From: Obrimoposthia wandeli
Taxonomy: Eukaryota
Direction of reading: 5' to 3'
Length of the DNA: 64,000 nt
Assembly (NCBI GenBank): GCA_977020255.1
Contig: CDROCS010006174.1
Span: 1 to 64,000 of the forward strand
Each line of letters opens with the position of its first letter. Positions within the stretch are counted from its first letter, which is position 1. Below, piece by piece: positions 39,965 through 50,754 of this stretch. Position numbers and translations under genes: made by a program. The notes beneath the pieces are model-generated. The model was not told where the DNA came from. It saw only the letters and a program-made list of their open reading frames with translations, and searched no databases.

Positions 39965-41863
39965 TTATGCTTGTGACATTATCTCTTCAATTTGCTCTTC
40001 AAGATCCAACCACTGCATTTCATTTTCTTCTAGTATTTGTTTAAGTTTAGCTTGATGTTTTAGCAGCTCAGTGAGTTTGCTTTTATGCTCTGCTTGATAA
40101 ATATCACTATCAGCCAATTGCGCTTCAACGCTGGTTAACTCATCTTGTGCTTTTTGTACTATTTTCTCAAATTTATCTGCTTGCTTGCGCAGTGGCGAGG
40201 CTTTTTTACGTAACTCAGCTTGCTCTTTACGTTGCTGTTTTTTGTCAATTTGTGGCTCGCTGACAATCTTGTTTGCTTTGACTGATTGTTTCTTATCATC
40301 ATTTAACCATTGTTGATAATCATCAATGTCACCATCGAAATCAGTGACATGGCCATTGGCCACTAAATAAAATTCATCAACACAGGACTCTAATAAAAAT
40401 CTATCATGGGCAATAAGAATGATCGCACCTTCAAAGTCTTGTAAAGCTAACACTAAGGCTTGACGCATTTCTAAGTCGAGATGGTTAGTTGGCTCATCGA
40501 GTAGGAGCAGTTGTGGTTTTTCTAAGACAATAAGTGCCAGTACTAAGCGCGCTTTTTCGCCACCAGACATAGTACCAACTTTGCCTAATGCTTGGTCGCC
40601 ACTAAAGCCAAATCGTCCTAAAAACGATCGTGCTTGTAATTCGGTGGTATCAGGTTTTGCACGGGTAATATGCTCAATGGCACTACTCGGCATATGTAAT
40701 TGCTCAAGTTGGTGCTGTGAAAAATAACCCACTTTGAGGTCTTGTGCGCAGTAACGTTCGCCTTTTAGTAAGGTTAAATCACCGGCTAATGATTTTATTA
40801 ATGTTGATTTACCTGCACCATTACGGCCCAGTAAACCGATGCGGCTACCAGGAACTAAGGTCATGCCAACGTCTTTTAAAATAATGGCTTCATCATTATA
40901 ACCACACTGGCTCTCCGTTAATGCTAATAGCGGATAAGGTAGTGTTTCAGGTTGTTCAAAGCTGAAGGTGAATTGGCTATCAACATGCGCAGGTGCTAAA
41001 TCAGGTAATTTTTGCAAGCGTTTCAAGCGACTTTGCGCCTGTTTTGCTTTACTGGCTTTGGCGCGAAAACGATCAACGAACGAGGTTAAATGGGCAACTT
41101 CTTTTTGTTGCTTTTGGTATTGCGCATCTTGCTGAGCTAAATGCTCTGCACGTTGACGTTCAAAGGCACTGTAGTTACCTGAGTATAATTTTGCTGTTTG
41201 ATGCTCAATATGCAAAATTTGACCAATGACATCATCAAGAAAATCTCGGTCATGTGAGATCAACACTAAGGTGCCGGTAAACCTTTTTAGCCAGCGTTGT
41301 AACCAAATAACGGCATCTAAATCTAAATGGTTAGTCGGCTCATCCAATAGCAATAAGTCAGCACGACTGATCAAAGCTTGCGCTAAATTTAAGCGCATAC
41401 GCCAACCACCTGAGAACGATTTAACAGGGTTTGCTAGTTGCTCTTGCATAAAGCCTAAACCGTGCAATAACTCAGCGGAACGAGCGGGTAAACTGTAGCC
41501 ATTGACGGCATCTATCTGGTTGATTATAGTCGCTTCAAGTGTACCGTTGTCATCTTCACGTGCTTGGTCTAATTTTACCTCTAGCTGGCGAAATTCAATG
41601 TCACCATCCATGACATAATCTAAGGCTGATTGCTCTAGCGCCGGTGTTTCTTGCTTAACGGTGGCAATTTTCCAGCTACTCGGCATCGATAGATTACCCA
41701 AGTCAGGTGGCAACGTGCCAAGCAAGCTGGCGAACAAAGACGATTTTCCACAGCCGTTCGCCCCAACAAGTCCAACCTTATGATTTGGATGTATGGTAAA
41801 ACTTGATGATTTTATGAGGTATTTTGCGCCTCGGGCTAAACTTAAATCTGTGGCTATGATCAT
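39965..41863 (-). CDS. yheS: ABC-F family ATPase YheS
   Basis: Two ABC cassettes (GANGCGKS/FSGGWRMR, GRNGAGKS/MSGGEKAR), no TM. Confidence 0.9.
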   Translation of the reverse strand: MIIATDLSLARGAKYLIKSSSFTIHPNHKVGLVGANGCGKSSLFASLLGTLPPDLGNLSMPSSWKIATVKQETPALEQSALDYVMDGDIEFRQLEVKLDQAREDDNGTLEATIINQIDAVNGYSLPARSAELLHGLGFMQEQLANPVKSFSGGWRMRLNLAQALISRADLLLLDEPTNHLDLDAVIWLQRWLKRFTGTLVLISHDRDFLDDVIGQILHIEHQTAKLYSGNYSAFERQRAEHLAQQDAQYQKQQKEVAHLTSFVDRFRAKASKAKQAQSRLKRLQKLPDLAPAHVDSQFTFSFEQPETLPYPLLALTESQCGYNDEAIILKDVGMTLVPGSRIGLLGRNGAGKSTLIKSLAGDLTLLKGERYCAQDLKVGYFSQHQLEQLHMPSSAIEHITRAKPDTTELQARSFLGRFGFSGDQALGKVGTMSGGEKARLVLALIVLEKPQLLLLDEPTNHLDLEMRQALVLALQDFEGAIILIAHDRFLLESCVDEFYLVANGHVTDFDGDIDDYQQWLNDDKKQSVKANKIVSEPQIDKKQQRKEQAELRKKASPLRKQADKFEKIVQKAQDELTSVEAQLADSDIYQAEHKSKLTELLKHQAKLKQILEENEMQWLDLEEQIEEIMSQA

Positions 41864-41992
41864 TTATATTTACTCTTTTTAATGCAAGGCGCTATTGTCG
41901 CTTTTCCTTGGGGGGTTGTTCAAGGTAAAATAGAAACACTGAGCAGATATCTTGCTAAAACGAATTAAAAATTACCTAAAATTGAGTAAAAC

Positions 41993-42187
41993 GTGAAAAA
42001 ACGATTTATATCCGGGGCTATTTGCCCAAAATGTAAGGCAATGGACACCATGGGACTAACCAAAGAAAATGGTGTCGAGACAGTAACCTGTGTCAGTTGT
42101 GGTCACTTAATGTCGCAACCTGAAGAGCATGTGGTACAAGAAGTAAGACCTAATGAGCAGGTTATTGGCATTTTCAAGCAAGAGTAA
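41993..42187 (+). CDS. yheV: YheV family Zn-ribbon protein
   Basis: KRFISGAICPKC...CVSCGH. Confidence 0.9.
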   Translation: MKKRFISGAICPKCKAMDTMGLTKENGVETVTCVSCGHLMSQPEEHVVQEVRPNEQVIGIFKQE

Positions 42188-42418
42188 ACTCGCTAACCGC
42201 TAATAACAGAGCAAGAGCATTTTGAGATTTTTTGATTAGTTAATCTAAAAATAGCGTAGGTTGAATTAGTCGGTATTTAAAAGTGCGTCTAGATATGTTT
42301 GCATCGCACTGAATTTGCATTGTTGGTTGAACTGAAGTCATCTTATCAGTAGTGCTAAGTATCGACATTAATGAGTCCCGATATATAAACAGGTAAACTG
42401 AATGCTAGTTAAAGGCTA

Positions 42419-44548
42419 TTACTGTCGATAAACCTGAGTTGAAAACTCCAATAACTGCGCAGCGGGTATCGGCTTACTAAAGTAATACCCTTGCACGATG
42501 TCGCAACCTAAATGCTCTAGTAATTGAAGTTGCTCCTTGGTTTCAACGCCTTCTGCAATTACCGTCAATCCTAAACTATGCGACATGGCTATGGCTGCTT
42601 TTACTAAATCACAGTCGGCTTTATTTGTGGTGATGCCATTAATAAAACAGCGATCAATTTTTAGCACATCAAAAGGATATTGTCTCAGGTAACTTAATGA
42701 CGAATAGCCTGTACCAAAATCATCCATCGACAACTTTATTCCTAAGGCATTAATGCTAATTAAAGCGTCATGAATGTAAGATTGACCACTCATGAGTACA
42801 CCTTCAGTAATTTCCAACTCTAAAGCCGTTGCGCGAATACCTGTATCACTAAGTACCTTTTTAATGAAGGGAATTAACTCATTATCTCTAAACTGACGAG
42901 GTGATAAGTTAACTGCCATCGTGTAATTATTTAGATCACTTTTTTGCCACAGATTCAAAAAACTAAGCGCTTGCTCAATAACATATTCACCCATAGCGAC
43001 AATTAAGCCAGTATGTTCAGCAATCGGGATAAATTCATCAGGTGTAATATTACCTAATACTGGATTATGCCAACGTAATAACGCTTCTGCGCCAATGATG
43101 CTTGCACTTTTAACATCCAGTTGTGGTTGGTAATGTAACTCGAACTCGTTACGCTCTAAGGCACCACGCATTTGTTCTTCAATCTCAAAGCGGCGTTGCA
43201 TCACAATATTCATTTCGGGAGTAAAAAATGAAGAAGTATTTCGTCCCAAAGCTTTTGCCTGATACATCGCAGTGTCAGCACTACGTAATAAATCAGAAGC
43301 GCAGCTTCCATCTTTAGGGTATATAGCAACACCAATACTCAAGGTTAAAATAAGTTCTCTACGATCAATTTTAAAAGGTTGGCGAAATAAGTTAAGTAGG
43401 TTCTCAGCAACGGCTAATGCATCTTGATGATCGGTTAAACCTCTTAATAGGATGATAAATTCGTCACCACCTAAACGACCAACCGTATCCTCTTTTCGTA
43501 ATACTTGTTGTAGTCTATGAGCCGACTTAACCAATATCTTATCGCCTACTTCGTGACCTAGCGAATCATTAACTTTTTTAAAATCGTCTAAATCTAAAAA
43601 AAGTACCGCGGCTTTTTCATCGTTTCTTTCTGCTTCAACTAGTATTTGCGATAAGCGATCGAGTGATAAAAATCGATTGGGTAATAGGGTTAAGCTGTCA
43701 AAGTAGGCTTGATGGCGAATAATTTGGTCTGATTTATGTTGTTCAGTAATGTCGCGAATAATCACCATGACTTGATTAGGTTTTTTTAAGTGGCTGATCC
43801 TTGCCTCGAAATATAGTAGACCACTAGGCATACTAAGCTCATAGTCAAAACTTGTCATGTTGTCGTGAGTTAATGATTTATTAATATGAGTTTTAAACTT
43901 ATTAGCAACGTCATTAGGTAATACATCAGACATATTTCTGCCGATGAATTGTTTTGGCGAAACGTAGAGGTCACTTGTGTTGCTAGTATGGTAATCGCAG
44001 ATAGTGCCGTTAGGCTCCATCAGGAAAAATAGATCGGGTATGGCCTCAAATATAGTCTCAAGCATATTTTCTTTCAATGTTGCCTGAGCTTGTGCTTTTC
44101 TGACATCAGTAAGGTCAATATCAATACAATACATTTGCTTGTTATTATATTGATTAGTAAACATGACATGGCTGGAAAAAACAGAAATTTCATGACCGTT
44201 TTTTTTGCATAAAGTAATTTCTGCTGCGGGGATTTCAATACCTTTTTCTACCCAGTCACTGTGTGCAGATATGACTAGGTCACACATGGATTTTGGTATA
44301 ATAAGTTTTTCAATTTTTTGACCTATAGCGTCTTCTTTTGTATAGCCATAGAGTAATTCGCTGCCTTTGTTCCAATAAATAACTCTACGTTGCTCGTCAT
44401 ATCCCTGAACAGATATCACATTGACAGCATTAAATACCTGGTGCAATGGGTCATTGATAACATATTGATGAGTTAGCATATTGCCAACATTGCTTGGTTC
44501 CATTAGTGCGTCCAATAGTGATATTACAACTACTTTCAGCATAGACAC
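42419..44548 (-). CDS. PAS-PAS-GGDEF-EAL c-di-GMP enzyme
   Basis: RKED I-site then RLGGDEF; AEALLRW and DDFGTGYSS. True start is probably further downstream. Confidence 0.9.
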   Translation of the reverse strand: MSMLKVVVISLLDALMEPSNVGNMLTHQYVINDPLHQVFNAVNVISVQGYDEQRRVIYWNKGSELLYGYTKEDAIGQKIEKLIIPKSMCDLVISAHSDWVEKGIEIPAAEITLCKKNGHEISVFSSHVMFTNQYNNKQMYCIDIDLTDVRKAQAQATLKENMLETIFEAIPDLFFLMEPNGTICDYHTSNTSDLYVSPKQFIGRNMSDVLPNDVANKFKTHINKSLTHDNMTSFDYELSMPSGLLYFEARISHLKKPNQVMVIIRDITEQHKSDQIIRHQAYFDSLTLLPNRFLSLDRLSQILVEAERNDEKAAVLFLDLDDFKKVNDSLGHEVGDKILVKSAHRLQQVLRKEDTVGRLGGDEFIILLRGLTDHQDALAVAENLLNLFRQPFKIDRRELILTLSIGVAIYPKDGSCASDLLRSADTAMYQAKALGRNTSSFFTPEMNIVMQRRFEIEEQMRGALERNEFELHYQPQLDVKSASIIGAEALLRWHNPVLGNITPDEFIPIAEHTGLIVAMGEYVIEQALSFLNLWQKSDLNNYTMAVNLSPRQFRDNELIPFIKKVLSDTGIRATALELEITEGVLMSGQSYIHDALISINALGIKLSMDDFGTGYSSLSYLRQYPFDVLKIDRCFINGITTNKADCDLVKAAIAMSHSLGLTVIAEGVETKEQLQLLEHLGCDIVQGYYFSKPIPAAQLLEFSTQVYRQ

Positions 44549-44640
44549 AAAGCGCTAATTTATCACTTTAAAACTTGATTGATATTTGAACAATTAAATA
44601 ACAATCAAGGCTAATTTAAAGTTATCACTTATTGATGTGA

Positions 44641-44862
44641 TTAATAGTGAGGAGGAGGTGGTTCTATTTCTTCTTTGCCTGATTGTTCAGGACTGTTTTC
44701 TTTCATTCTATTCGCGAGTAGGGAGACTTGATGCCTAAGTTCTGCTATTTGGCCTTGATGAATCGATAACTCATGATTAAGTTGCTCAATTACATCATCT
44801 TGAAATGCATTACGTGTTTCAAGTGTTTCTATCGCTTGTGCTAATTCATTAACTGATTTCAC
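44641..44862 (-). CDS. slyX: SlyX family protein
   Basis: LETRNAFQDDVIEQLN and EPPPPHY. Confidence 0.92.
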   Translation of the reverse strand: MKSVNELAQAIETLETRNAFQDDVIEQLNHELSIHQGQIAELRHQVSLLANRMKENSPEQSGKEEIEPPPPHY

Positions 44863-45884
44863 TATTTATTTACCTGCCATAATTCGGCGTATCCAGAGGA
44901 GCTTTCGGTGATTACTTGGTTATTATCTCTAAAAGCAACACTATAAACAACTGCGCCGGCGGGTCTAATATCTTCGCGGGGCATAACTCGCCAACTTGTT
45001 AAGCGATCGCCAGTGGCAATATCCCAAACACTGACCTTACGAGACGGGGCGCCAGTGAGTAACTTAGTGCCATCGGGAGAGAATTGCACGGCACTAAAAA
45101 TTTCTTGGCGATTAAAGTAATTTAACGTTGAAACAAGCTCTCCGGTCTTTAAATCCCAAATGTTAGCTGCTTTTTTACTGTCAGCTGTGAAGGCATATCG
45201 GCCTTTAGGGTCGAGCGCAACCATAGTGACACGGCTAGGATGATTGAAGCGATAAATCACTTGTCCTGATTGTGTGTCCCAAACATAGGCAACAAAATCA
45301 TTAGAGCCAGAAATAGCTACTCGGCCATTGGGTATCATATCAACGGCGTTAATTTTTTCTTGATGTCCTAAAAACTCAAGGCGCCTGCCACTATCAATAG
45401 TTACGTGTACAACTTTACCGTTGCTTTGGCCGATAAGTAAGTAGTCGCCATTATTTGATACTGCAACATCGCGAATGGTTGATTCTGTGATGGACCAAAA
45501 ACCTTCAGATTGGCCATTGTTGATATTCCATAATGAAAAGTCATTGCGATTAGCGGTTAGCACATGGCTGTTATTGTCAGATATATCAGCAACTAGTACA
45601 AGATTGTCAGCGCTGTCTTGCTGTTGAGACCAATTGTATTTCAATGCGTTTTTGTCTAAATCCCATAAACTAATGCCGTGATGTATGGATGAAACAACAC
45701 TGTATTTTCCGTCATTAGAAATATTAGCCGCATACGAGCCTTCTACAGCATGTTGCCATCTTTGCTCAGGTGCTTGGCCTGAGGGCTGACAACCGACAAG
45801 CAATAGCAATAAAAACAGAAGCTTGGCTTTAAGAAATTTTAAGTTACAGTTCAGCAAAATATTAATACTTTTTTCTTGGTGCAT
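44862..45884 (-). CDS. WD40-repeat lipoprotein
   Basis: Lipobox LLVGC; repeated WD/GH motifs (GHQEKINAV, YVWD, IWD, VWD). Confidence 0.85.
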   Translation of the reverse strand: MHQEKSINILLNCNLKFLKAKLLFLLLLLVGCQPSGQAPEQRWQHAVEGSYAANISNDGKYSVVSSIHHGISLWDLDKNALKYNWSQQQDSADNLVLVADISDNNSHVLTANRNDFSLWNINNGQSEGFWSITESTIRDVAVSNNGDYLLIGQSNGKVVHVTIDSGRRLEFLGHQEKINAVDMIPNGRVAISGSNDFVAYVWDTQSGQVIYRFNHPSRVTMVALDPKGRYAFTADSKKAANIWDLKTGELVSTLNYFNRQEIFSAVQFSPDGTKLLTGAPSRKVSVWDIATGDRLTSWRVMPREDIRPAGAVVYSVAFRDNNQVITESSSGYAELWQVNK

Positions 45885-45976
45885 TTATAGTTAGTATAAG
45901 CCGCATTGTTTAACAATTCACACATATTTAAATGACTTAGCGGAAATTTCCGACTGAGTAGTAAACGGAGATGTAA

Positions 45977-46735
45977 ATGAGATTTTTTAAACCGACTGTA
46001 GTCGCTGTTGCTTTATTATCAGTAATGGGTTGTCAAGAACCAGCTAAACAAGAAGAACAAGCTGCGGTGCTTGATACAGAAATACAAAAACAAGCCTACG
46101 GTTTAGGCGCTTCAATTGGTATGTACATGGAGCGTAATTTAGAAGAGCACGATAAAGTAGGCTTAACATTAGATAAGACACTTATTATTCGTGGTTTTAC
46201 GGATAGCATGGCGGGTAAATCGCAAATTGAAAAAGAAGACATTCAAGCGTTATTGATGAACTTAGATCAAGCCATGAAAGCGAAACAACAAGAACAAGCC
46301 ACTATTAGCGCTGAAGAAAGCTTAATGGCCGGTCAAAAATTCTTAGACGAAAATGCTAAGAATGAAGGCGTAGCTGTTACTGAGTCTGGTATTCAGTACG
46401 AAGTATTAACGGCAGCTGAAGGTGATAAGCCAGTAGCAACAGATACGGTTAAAGTTCACTACAAAGGTACGTTCTTAAATGGCGATACTTTTGATAGTTC
46501 ATACGATCGTGGCGAACCTGCTGTATTTCCACTGAACCGTGTTATTAAAGGTTGGACTGAAGGCGTACAACTTATGTCAGTAGGTGCTAAATATAAATTT
46601 ACCATTCCTTCAGACTTAGCTTACGGACCAAATGGTAATCCACCACGTATTCCGGGTAACTCAGTACTACAATTTGAGATTGAATTATTAGAAATTCAAA
46701 AACCTGAAGCTGCAGCGCAGGTTGGTGGCAAGTAA
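45977..46735 (+). CDS. fkpA: FKBP-type peptidyl-prolyl isomerase FkpA (lipoprotein-like N-terminus)
   Basis: VHYKGTF, FDSSY and VIKGWTEG motifs; VMGC lipobox. Confidence 0.92.
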   Translation: MRFFKPTVVAVALLSVMGCQEPAKQEEQAAVLDTEIQKQAYGLGASIGMYMERNLEEHDKVGLTLDKTLIIRGFTDSMAGKSQIEKEDIQALLMNLDQAMKAKQQEQATISAEESLMAGQKFLDENAKNEGVAVTESGIQYEVLTAAEGDKPVATDTVKVHYKGTFLNGDTFDSSYDRGEPAVFPLNRVIKGWTEGVQLMSVGAKYKFTIPSDLAYGPNGNPPRIPGNSVLQFEIELLEIQKPEAAAQVGGK

Positions 46736-46808
46736 AGCGAATATTTATCGCTAAATTTTAAGTTCTTGCTATAAGTCTTAAGCCTTAAATATTAGCTTTC
46801 GCTAACCT

Positions 46809-46837
46809 AAAAACCAACCGCTAAGGTTGGTTTTTTT
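46809..46837 (+). terminator. fkpA terminator
   Basis: AAAAACCAACC-GCTAA-GGTTGGTTTTTTT. Confidence 0.8.
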
Positions 46838-46890
46838 ATTTCTGTTATCTGCTCATTTGATGTCTTTCTTTACCAATCCACTGTTTACTA

Positions 46891-47051
46891 ATACCAAATG
46901 TAATAAGTTATTGATCAATTTTAAGCGCGAATAAATTGTTCAAGAACAAGGCGTTTGATTGAGTAATAGCGGGCTATTGGGATTGAAAACAACGCAGTTA
47001 TTGACGATTTAAACCGCCTTAAAAAGATCGATTGCTTATTTCAATTGGTAT
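46891..47051. mobile_element. MITE family C (~160 bp)
   Basis: TIRs ATACCAAATGTAATAAG and CTTATTTCAATTGGTAT; non-coding; lies between convergent genes. Confidence 0.7.
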
Positions 47052-47091
47052 AATTAATTTACTAACCCAACCGATTAGGTTTACATAGCAA

Positions 47092-47946
47092 TCATGAGGT
47101 CTTAAGTTTCATTTGTAATAAGGCAATAGGTAACTGTTGAATTAATGCTTGCGATGCGAAGTAAATAATCCAATTAATATGGCTTACCAAAGGGAAGTAA
47201 CCTTTGCCGTGATCAGCAAAAATCCAAAACTTACCAATAACAGCATCAGCAACCATAGCCAACACTAAGCCAATAACAGCGCACCAAAGACGAAAAGGCA
47301 CTTTATACTGCGACAGTGACTTTATAAGCCACAGTGCTGATAGGGCCAAAATACTGACCAATACAGAGTAAGATGCGGTGATTAGTGTCAATAAGCTTCC
47401 GGTGCCTGATAAATGCATATCTTGATAGGTTATTAATGCAATAGCGGTGGTTATTACTGCGGTTGTAACCATCAACTTTTTTGAGAGTCCATGCTGAATA
47501 GCTAGATTGGCAATAGCGATAACTAAAATCAGATAACCAGGAAAAAAGAACACAACGGAGTCGGCTAAATAGCTGTGCTTAATAATATTGTCGTATTGAT
47601 AGAATAGTTGAGGAAAGTTTCTATTTACTATATCGCCTAATGCACAAAATATTAATGAATATAAACATAACTTACTGAAGCTAGAGGCAATAGCGCAGTT
47701 TTGTTTAACGATAAAATTACGAATAGCGACCGCGTTGAAAATTAGTAAAGCCATGGTGGTTAATTCAACAACACCAAAAAAGATACGTTCAGTATTACCT
47801 TGAGCAATATTAACGATCCCCATCATAGCCATGACGCTTTGTATCACTGCAAAAATCCAAAAGTACAGCGCTGCTGTTGTAAAGCGATTAAGGGCAACAT
47901 TTGATGGCATATTATACTCTAGTGTTATGTTTATGGTGTTTACCAA
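47092..47946 (-). CDS. Multi-TM protein, YhhN/lysoplasmalogenase-like
   Basis: CALGDI, LAMVADAVIG and IYFASQALI resemble YhhN motifs. Confidence 0.6.
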   Translation of the reverse strand: MVNTINITLEYNMPSNVALNRFTTAALYFWIFAVIQSVMAMMGIVNIAQGNTERIFFGVVELTTMALLIFNAVAIRNFIVKQNCAIASSFSKLCLYSLIFCALGDIVNRNFPQLFYQYDNIIKHSYLADSVVFFFPGYLILVIAIANLAIQHGLSKKLMVTTAVITTAIALITYQDMHLSGTGSLLTLITASYSVLVSILALSALWLIKSLSQYKVPFRLWCAVIGLVLAMVADAVIGKFWIFADHGKGYFPLVSHINWIIYFASQALIQQLPIALLQMKLKTS

Positions 47947-48143
47947 GTTGATTAATTAACAGCTCATTTTTAATGGTTAACATTAATAAGTAGAATAACT
48001 ACTGACTAAATTTTATGCCTTGTCATTATCCATTTTTACTGATGAAAAAATAGATCACTTAATTAATCAAATTGGAATTAAATTTACAGCAAGTGCGACT
48101 GATTAAAATAGTTTCTTCTAAGAACGGTTTTACCGATTTTAGG

Positions 48144-48252
48144 CAATAAAAAAGCCTTACCGAAGTAAGGCTTGAAATGCTCGCTTTGTGGTCTAGTAAA
48201 CTAGCTTCTTTTTAGTTATTTCTTTATTTTTATTATTGTTTTTCTTCAGCGC
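48144..48252 (-). ncRNA. Candidate ~105-nt sRNA with an (AAN)8 tract
   Basis: Own sigma70 promoter, no ORF, body AAGAAAAACAAUAAUAAAAAUAAAGAAAUAAC, UUCG-capped terminator. Confidence 0.65.
48148..48173 (-). terminator. Terminator of the candidate sRNA
   Basis: Minus strand AAGCCTTAC-TTCG-GTAAGGCTT-TTTT. Confidence 0.85.
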
Positions 48253-48259
48253 GGGACAA

Positions 48260-48288
48260 TTTATAGCAAAGGCTTTTTCTCTGCGCAA
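48260..48288 (-). promoter_or_regulatory. sigma70 promoter with GC-rich discriminator
   Basis: TTGCGC-17 bp-TATAAA followed by TTGTCCCGC on the minus strand. Confidence 0.7.
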
Positions 48289-48853
48289 CAACTTTAATAG
48301 AGTATATATTCCACGAACATTTTCGTATAAAAATTTAGTGATCTCTAAGAGTTAGCTGATTTTTTCGTTCACAAGCGTAGTGTCGATTAGAAAGTTAAAC
48401 TTTTAATAAAGTAAGTTATATTAAATAATGGTTATTTTTAATTAAAATTGTTATATATCAAGGGTTAATTTTTTTTGTTAGCTGGCTAAAATCGTGTTGA
48501 TAATCGCCTGTCTGGTACACCAGTTGAACTGGTTTAGCGCTATTTTATCAAAAAAAATGATCACTGCAGGGTAAAATTCAATTTTTTAAAAGTTGATTAT
48601 TTTCCAGGAGAATTGTTTCGCTAATGTAACAGGTTGTTTATTGAGCAAGTTATGCTGGTGTTGTTCTAAGCTGAATAGTCTACAAATTATCGCATTACAG
48701 GTAACCTTGCCATTTTCTCTTTGCTTAAGTGCTCTTTTCTACTAAAAAAAATGCTGAACACTGCCGTCAGCGGTGCTAGATTTGATTTAGGACATAGATC
48801 AATAAAATTTGAAGTGATAGAATGCGCGCATATTATAGCGGAGAAGAATTTTC

Positions 48854-49921
48854 ATGACTGAATTAAAAAACGATACTTATTTGCGTGCGCTATTGCGCCA
48901 ACCTGTTGATTACACTCCTGTGTGGATGATGCGCCAAGCCGGTCGTTATTTGCCTGAGTATCGTGCAGTACGTAAAGACGCTGGCGATTTCATGTCGGTT
49001 TGTCGTGATGCCGATTTAGCTTGTGAAGTGACAATCCAGCCATTGCGCCGTTTTCCGCTTGATGCGGCTATTTTATTTAGTGACATTTTAACTATTCCTG
49101 ATGCTATGGGTTTAGGGCTTTACTTTGAAACAGGTGAGGGGCCAAAGTTTGAACGTCCGATCACATGTAAAGCTGACGTTGATAAAATAGGTATTCCAGA
49201 CCCTGAAGGCGAACTGCAATATGTTATGAATGCGGTACGTACTATCAAGAAAACGTTGAATGGCGATGTGCCATTGATTGGTTTTTCTGGCAGCCCTTGG
49301 ACGCTTGCAACATATATGATCGAGGGTGGCAGTTCAAAAGCATTTACTAAAATCAAAAAAATGATGTTTGCAGAGCCACAAACCCTACATTTATTACTCG
49401 ATAAGTTAGCTGACTCAGTTATTTTATATCTTAATGCACAAATTGCTGCTGGCGCTCAGTCAGTGATGGTATTTGATACTTGGGGTGGCGTACTTTCTCC
49501 TCGCGACTATAAAGAGTTTTCTTTGCAATACATGGCGAAGATTGTTGATGGTTTAACGCGTCATAATGATGGCCGTAAAGTGCCAGTAACATTGTTCACT
49601 AAAAATGGTGGCATGTGGTTAGAAGATATCGCTGCAACAGGTTGTGATGCAGTAGGCCTTGATTGGACCATTGATATTGAGAATGCCAAAGCACGTGTTG
49701 GTGATAAAGTTGCACTACAAGGCAATATGGACCCATCAATGCTTTACGCACCATTACCGCGTATTGAACAAGAAGTGTCAAAAATATTAACTGGTTTTGG
49801 CGATGGTGGTACTGGGCATGTCTTTAATTTGGGACACGGTATACACCCAGATGTAAACCCTGACCATGCAGGTCACTTTATTGAATCAGTTCATCGTTTA
49901 AGTAAGCCATTTCATAAGTAA
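48854..49921 (+). CDS. hemE: Uroporphyrinogen decarboxylase
   Basis: [15 protein letters not shown] and FNLGHG motifs. Confidence 0.97.
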   Translation: MTELKNDTYLRALLRQPVDYTPVWMMRQAGRYLPEYRAVRKDAGDFMSVCRDADLACEVTIQPLRRFPLDAAILFSDILTIPDAMGLGLYFETGEGPKFERPITCKADVDKIGIPDPEGELQYVMNAVRTIKKTLNGDVPLIGFSGSPWTLATYMIEGGSSKAFTKIKKMMFAEPQTLHLLLDKLADSVILYLNAQIAAGAQSVMVFDTWGGVLSPRDYKEFSLQYMAKIVDGLTRHNDGRKVPVTLFTKNGGMWLEDIAATGCDAVGLDWTIDIENAKARVGDKVALQGNMDPSMLYAPLPRIEQEVSKILTGFGDGGTGHVFNLGHGIHPDVNPDHAGHFIESVHRLSKPFHK

Positions 49922-49960
49922 GTCATGTTATGAGTAAGTGGTAGCATTAAGTGATTAGAT

Positions 49961-49988
49961 AAAAGGAGCCTCAGGCTCCTTTTTTTTG
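49961..49988 (+). terminator. hemE terminator
   Basis: AAAAGGAGCC-TCA-GGCTCCTTTTTTTT. Confidence 0.85.
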
Positions 49989-50138
49989 TTAACTAAACCT
50001 ATCAATAGCGCAAGGGTGAGACAAAGATAAGATTAATAGAGTCATTGATTTTTTATAAATTTGTATATTTTGCCTTTGGTTATTACTTTTAGATTAGGGT
50101 ATGCTTGAGCAAGAAACTGATTATTAATGGATATTATA

Positions 50139-50621
50139 ATGACAAAAAGCAAAAATCTTTTATCTACGTTAACTGTCGCTTTATTATTAAGTGCTTGTGG
50201 CAGTGGTACTGCTGAAAAAGCAGAAGACAATACCGCTAAGACAGAACAAGCAGCACAGGAAAATACAATTTCACAGGAAGCGACTAAGTTAGTTGCCACA
50301 CCAATAAATAAAGGCAAAGTAGTGGCAGATGAAAAAATGGCCGAGCTAAAAGATAAGTTAAAAGATGGAGTTATCGACTGGCAACGTGGGCGTGTGCAGT
50401 TTTTAAATCTAGAAGGTGGTTTTTACGGCATTATTACTGATTCAGGTCAGAAAATATTACCACTGAACATAACGAAAGAGTTTGCTCAAAATGGCGCTAT
50501 TGTTCGTGTTAAAGGTAAAATAAAAAATATTATGACCATTCAACAATGGGGTACACCTTTTATTATTACCGACATTGAGCTTATTACACCAGGTAGTAAA
50601 ACAACTGAAGCTGATATGTAA
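50139..50621 (+). CDS. Hypothetical lipoprotein with OB-fold-like C-terminus
   Basis: Lipobox LSAC; C-terminal FLNLEGGFYGIITDSG. Confidence 0.75.
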   Translation: MTKSKNLLSTLTVALLLSACGSGTAEKAEDNTAKTEQAAQENTISQEATKLVATPINKGKVVADEKMAELKDKLKDGVIDWQRGRVQFLNLEGGFYGIITDSGQKILPLNITKEFAQNGAIVRVKGKIKNIMTIQQWGTPFIITDIELITPGSKTTEADM

Positions 50622-50754
50622 TCATCAGTCGAACATTTTTTAAATGCTATTGAGTGTATTTACCCGGTGACATTTACTTGAGTCACTTACTTGAGTGTAT
50701 TCAACTAACTTATTCAATTGTTTACACTTAACCGTGAATATTGATATGAGTGCA

